A stretch of DNA of 64,000 nt from the IMG/VR virus record IMGVR_UViG_3300032053_000004, positions 64,001 through 128,000 of that record; one strand, given 5' to 3'. Made by a program: the position numbers and the translations under genes. A model generated the notes under the pieces. That model searched no databases. It was not told the DNA's origin and was given only the letters and a program-made list of their open reading frames with translations. Below are positions 27,661 to 38,028 of the stretch, in pieces; the stretch's first letter is position 1, and each line of letters begins with the position of its first letter. This DNA comes from a virus. Its lineage: Duplodnaviria > Caudoviricetes.

Positions 27661-28431
27661 GTGAATCCATTGATAGTTTATTGTCATATTCACGTTGAAT
27701 CAAACAGACGTTATATTGGTTTAACTAAACATTCCACCTTTTCAACGTGGAACAGACATGTTTATTCCGCAAATAAGATAAAGAATGGGAAATTTTATAT
27801 AACTAGTCATTTTTCGAATGCAATTAGAAAATATGGAAAGGATGCATTTTCCCATGAAATTTTAGGAAAAAATTTAACTTTGGAAGAAGCTAATGAATTA
27901 GAAAAAGAGAAAATTTTAGAATTTGATACTAGAAACCCAGAAAAGGGTTTTAATATAATGAAAGGAGGCGGATTTTATCAATCAAATAAAATAAAAAATC
28001 CTTGGGATAGACCAGAGTATAGAGCGAAGATGTTACCATTACTTCGTAAAACCCCAAAAACAAAAGCTAAAATATCCGCTTCTTTAATGGGCCACGTTAT
28101 GAATGAAGATACGAAGAAAAAAATATCTATCGCTGGTAAAGGAAAAATATTAAACTCTGAAATCAGGAAAAAAATCGCAGTATCAAATACTGGAAAATTT
28201 CATACTGTAGAATCGAAATTAAGAATGTCTAATATTCAAAAATCTATTGCGGCAACATCAGATTCTAAGGTTAAGAGATCAAAAGCGACTAAAGGCAGGA
28301 TTTTGAGTTTTGAAACTAAATTGAATTTATCGAAAATAAATACTGGAAAATCGATCTCTATTGAAACGCGATTAAAAATTTCCAATTCTATGAAGAAATA
28401 TAAAATGGAAAATTTATCATGCCTAGTGTAG
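27661..28431 (+). mobile_element. free-standing GIY-YIG homing endonuclease with NUMOD3-like repeats
   Basis: IVYCH......RYIG, AIRKYG, ANELE, GFN; repeated K.KIS.S..GK motifs; overlaps the TerL start. Confidence 0.9.
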
Positions 28432-30359
28432 AGAAGATCGAACAAAGCGTTTTAACGGGAACCATATCTGGTTTCTTGGATAAAAAACGATCTTCTCGAG
28501 CTCGAACCGAACAAGATTCAAATTTTCTAAATATTATTGATTTCATTGAAAGGTTTAAACTCCTACCTTATGGACTTTTTCCGGTTCAAAAATTTTTAGT
28601 CAAATTATATTATAGTATTCCCTTAGAAGATAAAGAAAAAACTATTAAAATAACTGATAGATTTAATACTAAAACTCTCTATAATTTGACTGAAGTTGAG
28701 TATCTTCATTATTTACACGACCAAGGTCGTTGCAATATTAAAGAACAAGATGAACGAATTCGAAATGAGTTAATTTTAGTTCTCGGAAGGCGTTCCGGTA
28801 AAAGTACTTTAAGTGCTCTTTTTGCAGTTTACGAAATGTATAAGCTTCTTTGTCGGGGAAACCCTCAAGCTTATTACGGTCTTCCTGCTGGTAACGAAAT
28901 ATTGCTTTTTTGTGTTGCTAACGATAAAGATCAAGCCTCTATCGTATATAACGAAATGAGTGGTCATATTGAGCAGATGGATTTCTTTAAATTTGCTCGA
29001 GCTAATTTTACTCAAACATATATTAGATTTAGAACTGATGCTGATAGACAAAAATTCGGAGAACGTGGAAAAGCTACTTTAAAAGCTACTTTCAAGAGTT
29101 CTATTGCTAAAGGCCTCCGTGGTCGCGGAACTATTCTTTTAATTTTAGACGAGCTTGCATTCTTTGTTGATAAGGGTAACTCTTCCGGAGAAAAAGTTTA
29201 CCGAGCGATTGTTCCTTCTACTGCTGCATTTTCTCCTAAAGACCCGATTAATAGACATATTCCACTAGGCCCATCTGACGGAAAAGTTGTTTCTATTTCA
29301 TCTCCCGATGCTAAAGAAGGGTTTTTTTATAAATTATATCAAACCTCTATGGAAAACTCTCCGGCCTCTAGAAATATGCTTATGATTCAAGCTCCGACTT
29401 GGGAAGTGAATCCAACTATTTCCAGTGATTATTATGAAGTTGAATATAGTAAAGATCCGAAGAAATTTGGAACTGAATTTGGGTCTGAGTTCTCTGACCG
29501 TGTTCGTGGTTGGATAGAAGATTCTAAAGATTTAACCGATTGCATAATTCCTGACCTTCGTCCTAAAACTCGTGGGATTCCGAGAAAGCCTCACTTTGCC
29601 GGGGTAGACTTTGGAATAGTTAACGACGGAACTAGTGTATCTATAACTCATTTAAATAATGGGAAAATTGAACTTGCATATCATGAAGTTTGGTATGCAA
29701 AAAAGAAATGGAAAGAATCAAACCCACATCTAGAGCATCCTCTTGTAGATTATGCGTTAACTCTTCAAGACAGAAACCGATTAGACCTCGATGCCATATC
29801 TGAGTGGCTAAAGATTCTTGCTAAAAATTTCTTTATTTATAAAGGAATTTTTGATCAATGGGCAGGTCCCGTTTTTGAGCAGGCGTTACATAAAAATGGT
29901 CTGACTCAGTTTGAACAACGAAATTTCTTTCCAACTGATTCTTCTAATATGTATCAGACATTCAAAATGTTTATGTACAATAAACAATTAGCACTATATG
30001 ACTGGCCTGTTCCTGAAGCTATATCATTTGATGCTAGTGCTTCCGTATTTCGTCATTCTCCGTTAATCTCAGAAATTCTTGAACTTCAGGCTTCTTCTGA
30101 AGGTAAAAATATAATTATAGTAGAAGCTCCGAAGGTTCCTGGAAAACACGATGATCAGTCTGACTCTATAGCTCGAAGTGTTCTTTTAGCTTCGGAGTAT
30201 ATTAAAGCTAACCCTGGTATATTGGAACATAACGTCACTATGTCAAATTTACCCCCAGGCGGGCCGTCTACCGGTTATCATCAATATTTGAAAATGAGGA
30301 ACAGGATGCATGGAGTTGTCCGGGAAAGAATTCCTCCTAGAATTCAGCGACGTCGCTGA
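28419..30359 (+). CDS. terL: terminase large subunit
   Basis: LFPVQK Q-motif, LGRRSGKS Walker A, LILDELAF Walker B, ISSP; nuclease motifs GVDFG, FDQW, HDDQSD. Confidence 0.95.
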   Translation: MPSVEKIEQSVLTGTISGFLDKKRSSRARTEQDSNFLNIIDFIERFKLLPYGLFPVQKFLVKLYYSIPLEDKEKTIKITDRFNTKTLYNLTEVEYLHYLHDQGRCNIKEQDERIRNELILVLGRRSGKSTLSALFAVYEMYKLLCRGNPQAYYGLPAGNEILLFCVANDKDQASIVYNEMSGHIEQMDFFKFARANFTQTYIRFRTDADRQKFGERGKATLKATFKSSIAKGLRGRGTILLILDELAFFVDKGNSSGEKVYRAIVPSTAAFSPKDPINRHIPLGPSDGKVVSISSPDAKEGFFYKLYQTSMENSPASRNMLMIQAPTWEVNPTISSDYYEVEYSKDPKKFGTEFGSEFSDRVRGWIEDSKDLTDCIIPDLRPKTRGIPRKPHFAGVDFGIVNDGTSVSITHLNNGKIELAYHEVWYAKKKWKESNPHLEHPLVDYALTLQDRNRLDLDAISEWLKILAKNFFIYKGIFDQWAGPVFEQALHKNGLTQFEQRNFFPTDSSNMYQTFKMFMYNKQLALYDWPVPEAISFDASASVFRHSPLISEILELQASSEGKNIIIVEAPKVPGKHDDQSDSIARSVLLASEYIKANPGILEHNVTMSNLPPGGPSTGYHQYLKMRNRMHGVVRERIPPRIQRRR

Positions 30360-30380
30360 ATTGCTTATGCTCCATTACTG

Positions 30381-30647
30381 TTGATGGATGATTTAGGTCT
30401 TAAGGATACTATTGCTTGGCGGATAATTCGTCAAGTAGTAGATCATACTTGGGGTGATGAAGAATTTGACGATGAAGAATTTTTAGAGTTGTGTGTTAAC
30501 TTTGTGAAAAATGGCGGCTCTTGGCAAGCTCTTATGGACGGGGATATGGATAGCGTTAAAGCTCTTGAGAATTCTATAGACTCTTTTATGAAAGAAAGAT
30601 CTAAATCGGATGACCCGTCTGACCTTAAAGAATTTCTAAATTGGTAA
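30381..30647 (+). CDS. small acidic hypothetical protein
   Basis: 88-aa ORF between TerL and portal (TTG 30381 or ATG 30384). Confidence 0.7.
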   Translation: MMDDLGLKDTIAWRIIRQVVDHTWGDEEFDDEEFLELCVNFVKNGGSWQALMDGDMDSVKALENSIDSFMKERSKSDDPSDLKEFLNW

Positions 30648-30985
30648 GGTTGTCCGTGGTTAAGAATAATCTCGCTAATAACCTCGAAATCCAAGAAAAA
30701 GTCGAAGAAATACTCTCAGCACTTAAAAGTGTTCAATCTGATATTGATCACCAAGACTCCTCATTAAATAATATTATGATTAATCTTTCAAGGTTGGAAA
30801 GAACTATTAAATCGGACCGGAATCTAAGACGGTTTAGGTTTGATAAAAGAATTCATTTAGATACTTTTCTAAAATCTATACAATCTATGAAATCCCAGCT
30901 TTCCAAGACCTCTAAAGATATGGAAAAGGTTTGCGCTTCTCATAAGGATTCTTCGTGGATACCTGAAGAATCGGTATTTGAATAA
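30641..30985 (+). CDS. small helical hypothetical protein
   Basis: 114-aa ORF whose stop overlaps the portal start. Confidence 0.65.
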   Translation: MVRLSVVKNNLANNLEIQEKVEEILSALKSVQSDIDHQDSSLNNIMINLSRLERTIKSDRNLRRFRFDKRIHLDTFLKSIQSMKSQLSKTSKDMEKVCASHKDSSWIPEESVFE

Positions 30986-32799
30986 TGGCAAGTAAGAAAA
31001 AAATAGGGGTTAACCCTGCTGCTCAAACAACTAGTGGCGGAAGAGTCATTAAACACGTTGATGAACAGGAAGTGCCGAAAAGGCGCTTGACTCGTTTAGA
31101 GAAACAAGCTCGTCGTGAGATGTCTCAGTCTATTCGTTTAGCAACTGGTGGTGGTGGGAATGGGAATTTCGGGAACGCTGGAAGTTCTTCCATAACCAAT
31201 GCTGATTTTTCTTTTTATAGCCCGCAGTTATCTACAGATTTCCTTGAACTCCCCCAATCAGAACGTGAAAAAAGAGAACTTTTTCGTTTTTGGTACAATA
31301 CCCACCCTATAGTTGGAGCAGCCATAGATTTTCATACAGATGTTCCTATGAGCAAGGTTCGTCTTTCCCTTCCTAAAGGGAAAGACATGAAAAGAAATCG
31401 TCAGATTCAACATTTTTACGAGAACATGTGTAAACGTCTGAGGCTTTTTCAGACTTTATATGATGCTACTCATGAATACTGGCTACACGGGAATGTGTTT
31501 GTTTTTTGTGAAGATCAGGAAGTTGATATTCCTGAAGAAATGCTTGTTGACGTAAAACAGGAAGAGGTCGGAGAAGTCGATTATGCCGGGAGGCCTCAAA
31601 AACGTATTGAAGTAGTAAGAGAACCAAAATCTCAATCTGAACAAATTTCAGCTATCAAAGATTATGTTGCAAAACATTATGAAGGATGGCAACGTCTTCA
31701 AATTTTACCCCCGGAACAAGTTAAACTTGAGGTGTTTCAATATACGAACAAAGTTAAGATGGAGCTCATACCATCTGAAAAAGATCGTTTAGTTGTCTTA
31801 AGAGCCCAAGAACAGCATGATGAGGAGGCTGCTCGTATCGCAGATGATATCCCTGAACAGATCAGGGAAAATCTTCTTAACGGTCAGCCAATACCGTTAA
31901 ACTCCAGTCCTTATGATGACTTTTTCTGTTCTTCTTTTTGTTATCATTTAGCGCATAAGAAAAGTCCATATGATGATCGTGGTATTTCAATTCTCGAGAG
32001 ATGCTTAAGAACTCTCCTATATAGTGATAAACTTCGTCAGTCTCAGACGAGTATAGCGAGTCGTGCTATGACGCCCAAACGTGTTGTTTGGGCGGATAAG
32101 ATGAGCTCTACAGACGTTGATGACTTAAGAGACCAAGTAGACCAAGCCCTAATAGATCCTGATTTTAGCATCATAACGAACTTTGAAGTCCATTGGGACG
32201 AGATAGGATCCAGAGACCGTCTTCTCGATCTCGGGACGGAGTATGAAATAAACAACAAACTTCTCATGATTGGGCTTAGAGTCACTGAACCTATGCTCAC
32301 CGGGGAGTCTTCATATTCTGGAGAAAGAATTCATTTAGATGTTATGAACACTATGTATCTGCTATATCGTGAAACTATATGTGAATTTGTTGAGCAATAT
32401 TTATTTGCCCCGGTGGCTGAAAAGAAGGGTTTCTTTGAAGAGGATGAATATGGAAATAGGAATCTTCTATATCCTAAATTACAATTTACTCGTTTAGCTC
32501 TCCGCGACAATACTGAACTTCAGGATTTCATGTTTAATCTTTATCAAAAAGGGTCTTTACCTATTTCTTTTATTCTTGATCTCCTCAATATTGATTCTGA
32601 TGAAGCTTCTGCTCAACTCAAGAAAGATATGTTTACCCCGAATGATTCTAAGTTTAATGATTTGATAACGAAAATTCTTGAATCGGTTGGTGAAGAAATA
32701 GCTAAAGAAACTGATGTTAAAGAGAGACTTATCAAAAATATGGGACTAAAAACGGTAACTAAAAAAGGAGATCGGTTTGCTGAAAAGGAGGAGGGCTAG
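30985..32799 (+). CDS. portal protein
   Basis: 604 aa downstream of TerL; HPIVGAAIDFH, YWLHGNVF, RGISIL, LKLQFTRL resemble portal motifs. Confidence 0.8.
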   Translation: MASKKKIGVNPAAQTTSGGRVIKHVDEQEVPKRRLTRLEKQARREMSQSIRLATGGGGNGNFGNAGSSSITNADFSFYSPQLSTDFLELPQSEREKRELFRFWYNTHPIVGAAIDFHTDVPMSKVRLSLPKGKDMKRNRQIQHFYENMCKRLRLFQTLYDATHEYWLHGNVFVFCEDQEVDIPEEMLVDVKQEEVGEVDYAGRPQKRIEVVREPKSQSEQISAIKDYVAKHYEGWQRLQILPPEQVKLEVFQYTNKVKMELIPSEKDRLVVLRAQEQHDEEAARIADDIPEQIRENLLNGQPIPLNSSPYDDFFCSSFCYHLAHKKSPYDDRGISILERCLRTLLYSDKLRQSQTSIASRAMTPKRVVWADKMSSTDVDDLRDQVDQALIDPDFSIITNFEVHWDEIGSRDRLLDLGTEYEINNKLLMIGLRVTEPMLTGESSYSGERIHLDVMNTMYLLYRETICEFVEQYLFAPVAEKKGFFEEDEYGNRNLLYPKLQFTRLALRDNTELQDFMFNLYQKGSLPISFILDLLNIDSDEASAQLKKDMFTPNDSKFNDLITKILESVGEEIAKETDVKERLIKNMGLKTVTKKGDRFAEKEEG

Positions 32800-32836
32800 A
32801 ATTAAGCTTGTTGTGAAATATTGATTATGTACCGGC

Positions 32837-35473
32837 ATGCGATTTTTACAATCCGATTCTTCATTGAGTCCGAGCGAAAAGGAAGAAAAAGAAGTCGAAA
32901 GACTGATAGGACGGAAGCCTGCTCCAAGTAGAAAATCTGCCCCGAGAAAAGGTCCTAAATTTGATAATAGAAGAAAAAGGATGAAAACTGACGACTCAGA
33001 TACTAAATCTGGGGATAAAGATCTATCTATGAAAAATTCCTCTTTAGCCGATTTGGCCTTAAGAGTTTTCATTTCTACTACAATAGCTGCTGATGAACCT
33101 GATAAATTTGAAGACATTCTTAAATACCCTGGAAGGATTCATGATAATGAATCCTTTGAATATAAATATAAATATGTAGTAGACAAATTAGAAAAACTTG
33201 ACCCTGAAAAATTAAAATTATTTAAAAATACATACGATATACCATTTGGTAAATATATTAAAGAAAAGAAATGGGACATAATTGATTTTGAATTAGGTAA
33301 GGCTTTAAGTTATATTAAAAAAGAAGAAAAAAGCAAGAAAAGCCCGGAAGAAATCCTTGAAGAGAAAGTAGAAAATAAGAAAGATATAAGTAAGAAGAAA
33401 AAAGATCTATTTTTTAAATTTAAGAGAGTTTCTCCAAAACTCGCTGAAGAATTTGAAAATACCGAACTCAATGAAGAAAAATTAGATGAAATAAAGTCTG
33501 ACGCTTTAGATGGTAAGCTTCGTAATAAATTATCTAAAACAAATGATGTTGGAGAAATCCTATCATTAGTTGAGAGAAGATGGCCAGAGGGTTCTTCTCT
33601 TTCATTTGGTATTAAATATAATATTTTAAACGCTTTAAATGATCGTATTGAAGATATGGGGGATTCTATACCAACTTGGTTATACGCTTCTTTTTTCAAA
33701 ACTAGCCCGGATGTTGAAGAATTACATAATAAAATAATTGAAAATTCTGAACACGGGTCTGATTCCTTCAATAAAATTAGACCCGGAGATTTATTAATAT
33801 TTGCAACCATAGCATCCCTCTTCCAAAAATTAAGTAAAAATCCTAATGTTGATGCTAAAAATCTTTCCCTTAAAAAGGATATTGATGTTGTAAGAAAACA
33901 AATAGAGTCAGAATCAGAATTGATTTCTGATACCCAAGCTTTCATGAAAGCTTGGGATCAAGCTGCTGAACAATTTAAAACCCATGAAGGGAAAGAAGGA
34001 TGGAAATGGGATGATGGTCATGGTAAATTATTAAAAAGTGTTGAGAGTTTATTTAATCTTAAGAATGAAGAGAAAAAATCTGAAGTTGATCCCTTTCTGT
34101 TGATGGAAAACTTTAGAGATAAAATTACTAAAAAATATGGTAAACTACCTAAAGAAGCAGAAAATATGTATAACGGATTAATGAGAAAGAGTAAACAAGC
34201 TTCTAATAAAGCTTCTGTTTCAGGACCAATGTCTGTTAAGACGGCAACTTTCCATGGATTGGTTGAACAGGGCCATCCTTCTGGTCCAACTAATACTGGA
34301 TATAAATCTTATCATAAGAGATATTTCGGTAAACCTCAATATGAATCTATACTTAAATTTGCTAAGGAATTATTAGATGAGGATTGGTTTAAATATGGAT
34401 GGGATGATGGTTCTATTGATGCCCAGCAGAGGGCAGCTTTAGATATATCCATTCAGACCGGCGATGATAATTTATATCAGAGTAAGATAGACGCAGAAAC
34501 ATATGATATGTTATTGAACAGACTTGCTGGGTGGGGTCACGATTCATTTTCAGAAACTGTTTTCCCTGTGGAAAAAGGTTCCAGACGGAGCGCATCGATC
34601 ATGCAAAATCAGATCAAGAACATACTTCGCATAGCCAGTGATATACGTAATGATAATCCGAAGGCTGCCTTCGAGATCGTAAAGAATCTGCGTTCTTTAG
34701 TTGGAAGAACTGCTGAGGACCAGCAGCAAGGTCAGCAACAGGAGCAGCAAGGCCAGCAGCAAGAGCAGCAGGGTGGGAAGAATATAAAAGATAAAAAAGA
34801 TTCTGGGTTTAATAGGGAGGATGAAGAAATACTTGATGAAACAGAACAAAATGTTTTTAAAGGTGGAGAGCATAATCCTCAAAAGACCATAAACGATCTT
34901 AAGGAAGCTTTAGATAGTTTAGATATTGACGATTTTGTTTCGGCTTTTGAAGAATTAGGAAGTCTTGCTGATTTTTTGAAAAAAAATAAAGGTAAAAAAG
35001 AGGCTTCTGTTAATCACAAAATTGCTATAATGGAAGCCCTAGAAGGCTTAGAAGATATATCTGAAGATGAAATAGAGAAGGCCTTTAAGAACATGCAGAA
35101 GGTTCTTAAAGATGACATTGATGATCCGAAGGATATTGACTCGGAAGACATTGAAAAGTTGATAAAAGACATGATAGACCAACTCAGTAAAGATGTTAAA
35201 CCCTCTTCAAAAGAGGCTTCGGAAGCAACTGTTGGGGTTGGCGTTTTAATACGTCTAGCCCATAATAATCCAGGGATTCGTCGGGTTCTTCTTCCTGTCA
35301 TCTTGGCAGCGAAAAAGAAACCCAGTAAGAAAAAGAAGCCCGTTCCTCCAGCTTTCTTGAAAGGCAAGAAAGATAAGAAGGAAGAGGACAAGAATAAGCC
35401 GAAAACTTCTAAGAAGAAAAAGAAGAAGAAGGTTTCTTCGGTTATCCTTACGAAGGAAGACGGAAACTGGTGA
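32837..35473 (+). CDS. large charged putative internal head/core protein
   Basis: 878 aa; K/E-rich with a Q-run after RTAE, several [KR]xA motifs and a Lys-rich C-terminal tail. Confidence 0.8.
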   Translation: MRFLQSDSSLSPSEKEEKEVERLIGRKPAPSRKSAPRKGPKFDNRRKRMKTDDSDTKSGDKDLSMKNSSLADLALRVFISTTIAADEPDKFEDILKYPGRIHDNESFEYKYKYVVDKLEKLDPEKLKLFKNTYDIPFGKYIKEKKWDIIDFELGKALSYIKKEEKSKKSPEEILEEKVENKKDISKKKKDLFFKFKRVSPKLAEEFENTELNEEKLDEIKSDALDGKLRNKLSKTNDVGEILSLVERRWPEGSSLSFGIKYNILNALNDRIEDMGDSIPTWLYASFFKTSPDVEELHNKIIENSEHGSDSFNKIRPGDLLIFATIASLFQKLSKNPNVDAKNLSLKKDIDVVRKQIESESELISDTQAFMKAWDQAAEQFKTHEGKEGWKWDDGHGKLLKSVESLFNLKNEEKKSEVDPFLLMENFRDKITKKYGKLPKEAENMYNGLMRKSKQASNKASVSGPMSVKTATFHGLVEQGHPSGPTNTGYKSYHKRYFGKPQYESILKFAKELLDEDWFKYGWDDGSIDAQQRAALDISIQTGDDNLYQSKIDAETYDMLLNRLAGWGHDSFSETVFPVEKGSRRSASIMQNQIKNILRIASDIRNDNPKAAFEIVKNLRSLVGRTAEDQQQGQQQEQQGQQQEQQGGKNIKDKKDSGFNREDEEILDETEQNVFKGGEHNPQKTINDLKEALDSLDIDDFVSAFEELGSLADFLKKNKGKKEASVNHKIAIMEALEGLEDISEDEIEKAFKNMQKVLKDDIDDPKDIDSEDIEKLIKDMIDQLSKDVKPSSKEASEATVGVGVLIRLAHNNPGIRRVLLPVILAAKKKPSKKKKPVPPAFLKGKKDKKEEDKNKPKTSKKKKKKKVSSVILTKEDGNW

Positions 35474-35517
35474 TTGATGGGGCTTCTATGCTGAAGCCAA
35501 ATAGGACGGAGATTTCA

Positions 35518-36000
35518 ATGGACAAGACTACGGCCAACAAAATTTTAACTGCTCTCGATCGCACTGCTGACGAGATCCAGACCCTCATAAAATCCAAGAA
35601 GATTGATCCGAAGGTAGCCGCTCAGGTTATCAAGAATATCGATTCTTTTGCGGATAAGTTTGAGGTTACGGCTTTTGGTGCGAAGAATCTCGCATCTCGC
35701 AAGGCGAAGGTTATCCAGCAGGATAACGATGAGCCATACATGAAGGCTTTTGAAAACACTGTCGGTCCTCTTCAGACAGAGCCTGATGAGCCGTACATGA
35801 AGAAGATCGGTCCTTCTTTTAATTCGAAGGAAATTAACACTTATGACACGGACCGTTCATCTGTGGTAGAGAACCGGAATGAATATGATGTTCGTGATCT
35901 GAGCGAATGGACCGATAAGACCAAGAAGCAACCTTCTTGGGAGCACGGTTCGTCCGGGAAGAGCACGCGTCAGGGTTCGTCTAAAACTTGGGCCCCCTGA
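35518..36000 (+). CDS. putative head-associated protein
   Basis: Probable start MDKTTANK at 35518 (SD GGAG); internal repeat DEPYMK twice. Confidence 0.75.
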   Translation: MDKTTANKILTALDRTADEIQTLIKSKKIDPKVAAQVIKNIDSFADKFEVTAFGAKNLASRKAKVIQQDNDEPYMKAFENTVGPLQTEPDEPYMKKIGPSFNSKEINTYDTDRSSVVENRNEYDVRDLSEWTDKTKKQPSWEHGSSGKSTRQGSSKTWAP

Positions 36001-36024
36001 TCATCCCATCAAGGGAAGCAAAAT

Positions 36025-36732
36025 ATGTTCCGGAGAGCCTTTGTTGACGATCAACTTTTAGCCCGTGAATTTCACACGGGTGATTTTGTTCGTCATTCAG
36101 ATCTCCACGATCTACTTTTGTCTCCTTATGCTGGACGGGTTCTTTATTCAAACCCAGATACAGGCAAAGTTTCTGTCCAATGGCCATGGGGGGCCGAACA
36201 AGACTCTCCGTCCCAGCTTGTTCGGCTCAATATGGAATTATTGGAGTTCTTCCCTCCAATGCTAATTGATCAAAGTTACTCCTCCTGGGAAGGAGCGAGA
36301 AACATTGATGATAAACAGACTTTAAAAGAAGATGACAAGTGGCGTAAGTCTCTAGCTTCTCGAGTGGCTTCTCGTTTTGAGGAAGCTACTGGCCCTATTT
36401 GGCGTTCTGCCTGTAAAGCTTGGCGTCAAGGGAAGAACGAAATACAAGCTTTTACGAGTCTCCATTCTATTTTCGGAGATCAATTCGGGACCGACACGGT
36501 TCGTTTAACTGTCTCAAATTTATACGAACATAGTCGCAGGCTTTCCATATACTATAAGAATAATAAAAGAAAATATAAAGTAACTCAAAAAGAAAAAAAT
36601 TCAGGAGACTTGAAATGCCCTCGATGTAGGACTCCAGGCTCCATTAAGCCAAGAGTTTACCGTCAGGGAAAACGTGTTCTTCAGTGTAGAAACTGCGGAT
36701 TTTCCATACATCCCGGTGATCTTGTAAAATAG
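36025..36732 (+). CDS. protein with SH3/KOW-like N-domain and C-terminal Zn ribbon
   Basis: FHTGDFVR...GRV...GKVSVQWP; LASRVASRF; CPRC...CRNC. Confidence 0.75.
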   Translation: MFRRAFVDDQLLAREFHTGDFVRHSDLHDLLLSPYAGRVLYSNPDTGKVSVQWPWGAEQDSPSQLVRLNMELLEFFPPMLIDQSYSSWEGARNIDDKQTLKEDDKWRKSLASRVASRFEEATGPIWRSACKAWRQGKNEIQAFTSLHSIFGDQFGTDTVRLTVSNLYEHSRRLSIYYKNNKRKYKVTQKEKNSGDLKCPRCRTPGSIKPRVYRQGKRVLQCRNCGFSIHPGDLVK

Positions 36733-36755
36733 AAGTTTTATGACACCGTTCAAGT

Positions 36756-36985
36756 GTGAAAATCTGGACAGTTTATTGTCATACTCATATTGAATCAGGC
36801 CGTAAATACATAGGGCTTACTTCTCAAACTATGGAGAAGCGTTGGAATCTGTCATTAGTAAAGAATTGTGGAAAAATCCGGAATTTAGGTCTAAAGGTTT
36901 AAATAGTCTTAAACTAGCTTTTAAAAAATCTCAAATATTAGAATCAAAAATATCTCAAAAGTGTGTAAAATATGTAATAAAATAA
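36756..36985 (+). pseudogene. decayed GIY-YIG homing endonuclease remnant
   Basis: GTG 36756 gives VKIWTVYCHTHIESGRKYIGLTSQTMEKRWN; a second frame from 36851 gives ISKELWKNPEFRSK...; not in the ORF track. Confidence 0.8.
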
Positions 36986-37020
36986 GAAAACTTAATAGAA
37001 CTTTGATTTGTGTTTAGTAT

Positions 37021-38007
37021 GTGAATCAGAATTTGCAAAATCTTCTTAAGATTTCGAATGAGATTGACCCTGTTCTCGGGGAATCTCTGAGAAAGAATCT
37101 TATTAATATAACTAAATTTAAGAAGATTTCTGTCGTAAACCCTGACGTTCAAAAATTTGAAGAGCGTCTTCAGACTCTCGTAAATTCTCTAAAATCAGTC
37201 AATAAAGATATCAAGAAGGCTCTTGATAATTTAGACGTTGAAGAAATTGATGAATGGTTTACTAAAGAACTTGATAAAATTAATGAATTAGATGAAGCGG
37301 CTGAAAGAATAGAAGTTTCTAAATTTAGCAGTATTGCTTCCCGTATAGCTGAAATAGAAGATACTGCCGGTATTAAAGACTGGGTTAAGAACAAGTTCAA
37401 GAAAAAGCCAAAAGCCGAACCAAAATCAGAAGAATCTGAATCTATGGCTCCGTCCTATCAAATGGATGAGAGTCGGATGGATGATTTTGTTGAAGGCAAA
37501 GATGATTGGGGCGATGCTTCTGCTTACATAGAAGCGGAATCCCGTGAAAAGAATGAGTTACTAGGTGAAATTGATAATTTCCTAAAAGAGTTTAAAGAGA
37601 CAGAAAAAGGTAAGCCTGTCAGGAAAAATCTTGAAAAACTTTTCGAAAAGTCCAAAGGCCTAATTAAGCGTGGAGAGAAGTTCGTAAAAGGTTTCCGTGA
37701 TCACCTAAAAGAACCCGGGGCTTGGCTCCCTCGTGATGAGGAGAAGTCCGATGCCAAGCCGAAAAATCTCAAGAAAACTGTTGAGCATTATTCTGATATG
37801 CTCCGGGAAAATCTCGGAGACGAAGATAAAACCATCCAGTCTTTAAGAGAATTCTTTAAAGCTGTCGGACCCATGATCAAAGAAGAAAAACAGGCTTCTA
37901 CTACTTCTTCCATCATAAAACAACTTTCTAGAAAAGCTTCTGAAGACCCTTCTTTGAGGAAGAAGCTCATACCCATAATCAATTTAGCCTTGAATTTCAA
38001 TTCTTAA
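37021..38007 (+). CDS. charged putative internal head protein
   Basis: 328 aa; SIASRIAE, KQAS, and C-terminal LSRKASEDPSLRKKLIPII. Confidence 0.8.
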   Translation: MNQNLQNLLKISNEIDPVLGESLRKNLINITKFKKISVVNPDVQKFEERLQTLVNSLKSVNKDIKKALDNLDVEEIDEWFTKELDKINELDEAAERIEVSKFSSIASRIAEIEDTAGIKDWVKNKFKKKPKAEPKSEESESMAPSYQMDESRMDDFVEGKDDWGDASAYIEAESREKNELLGEIDNFLKEFKETEKGKPVRKNLEKLFEKSKGLIKRGEKFVKGFRDHLKEPGAWLPRDEEKSDAKPKNLKKTVEHYSDMLRENLGDEDKTIQSLREFFKAVGPMIKEEKQASTTSSIIKQLSRKASEDPSLRKKLIPIINLALNFNS

Positions 38008-38028
38008 TAGTATGGTTTTTCCAGGAAC

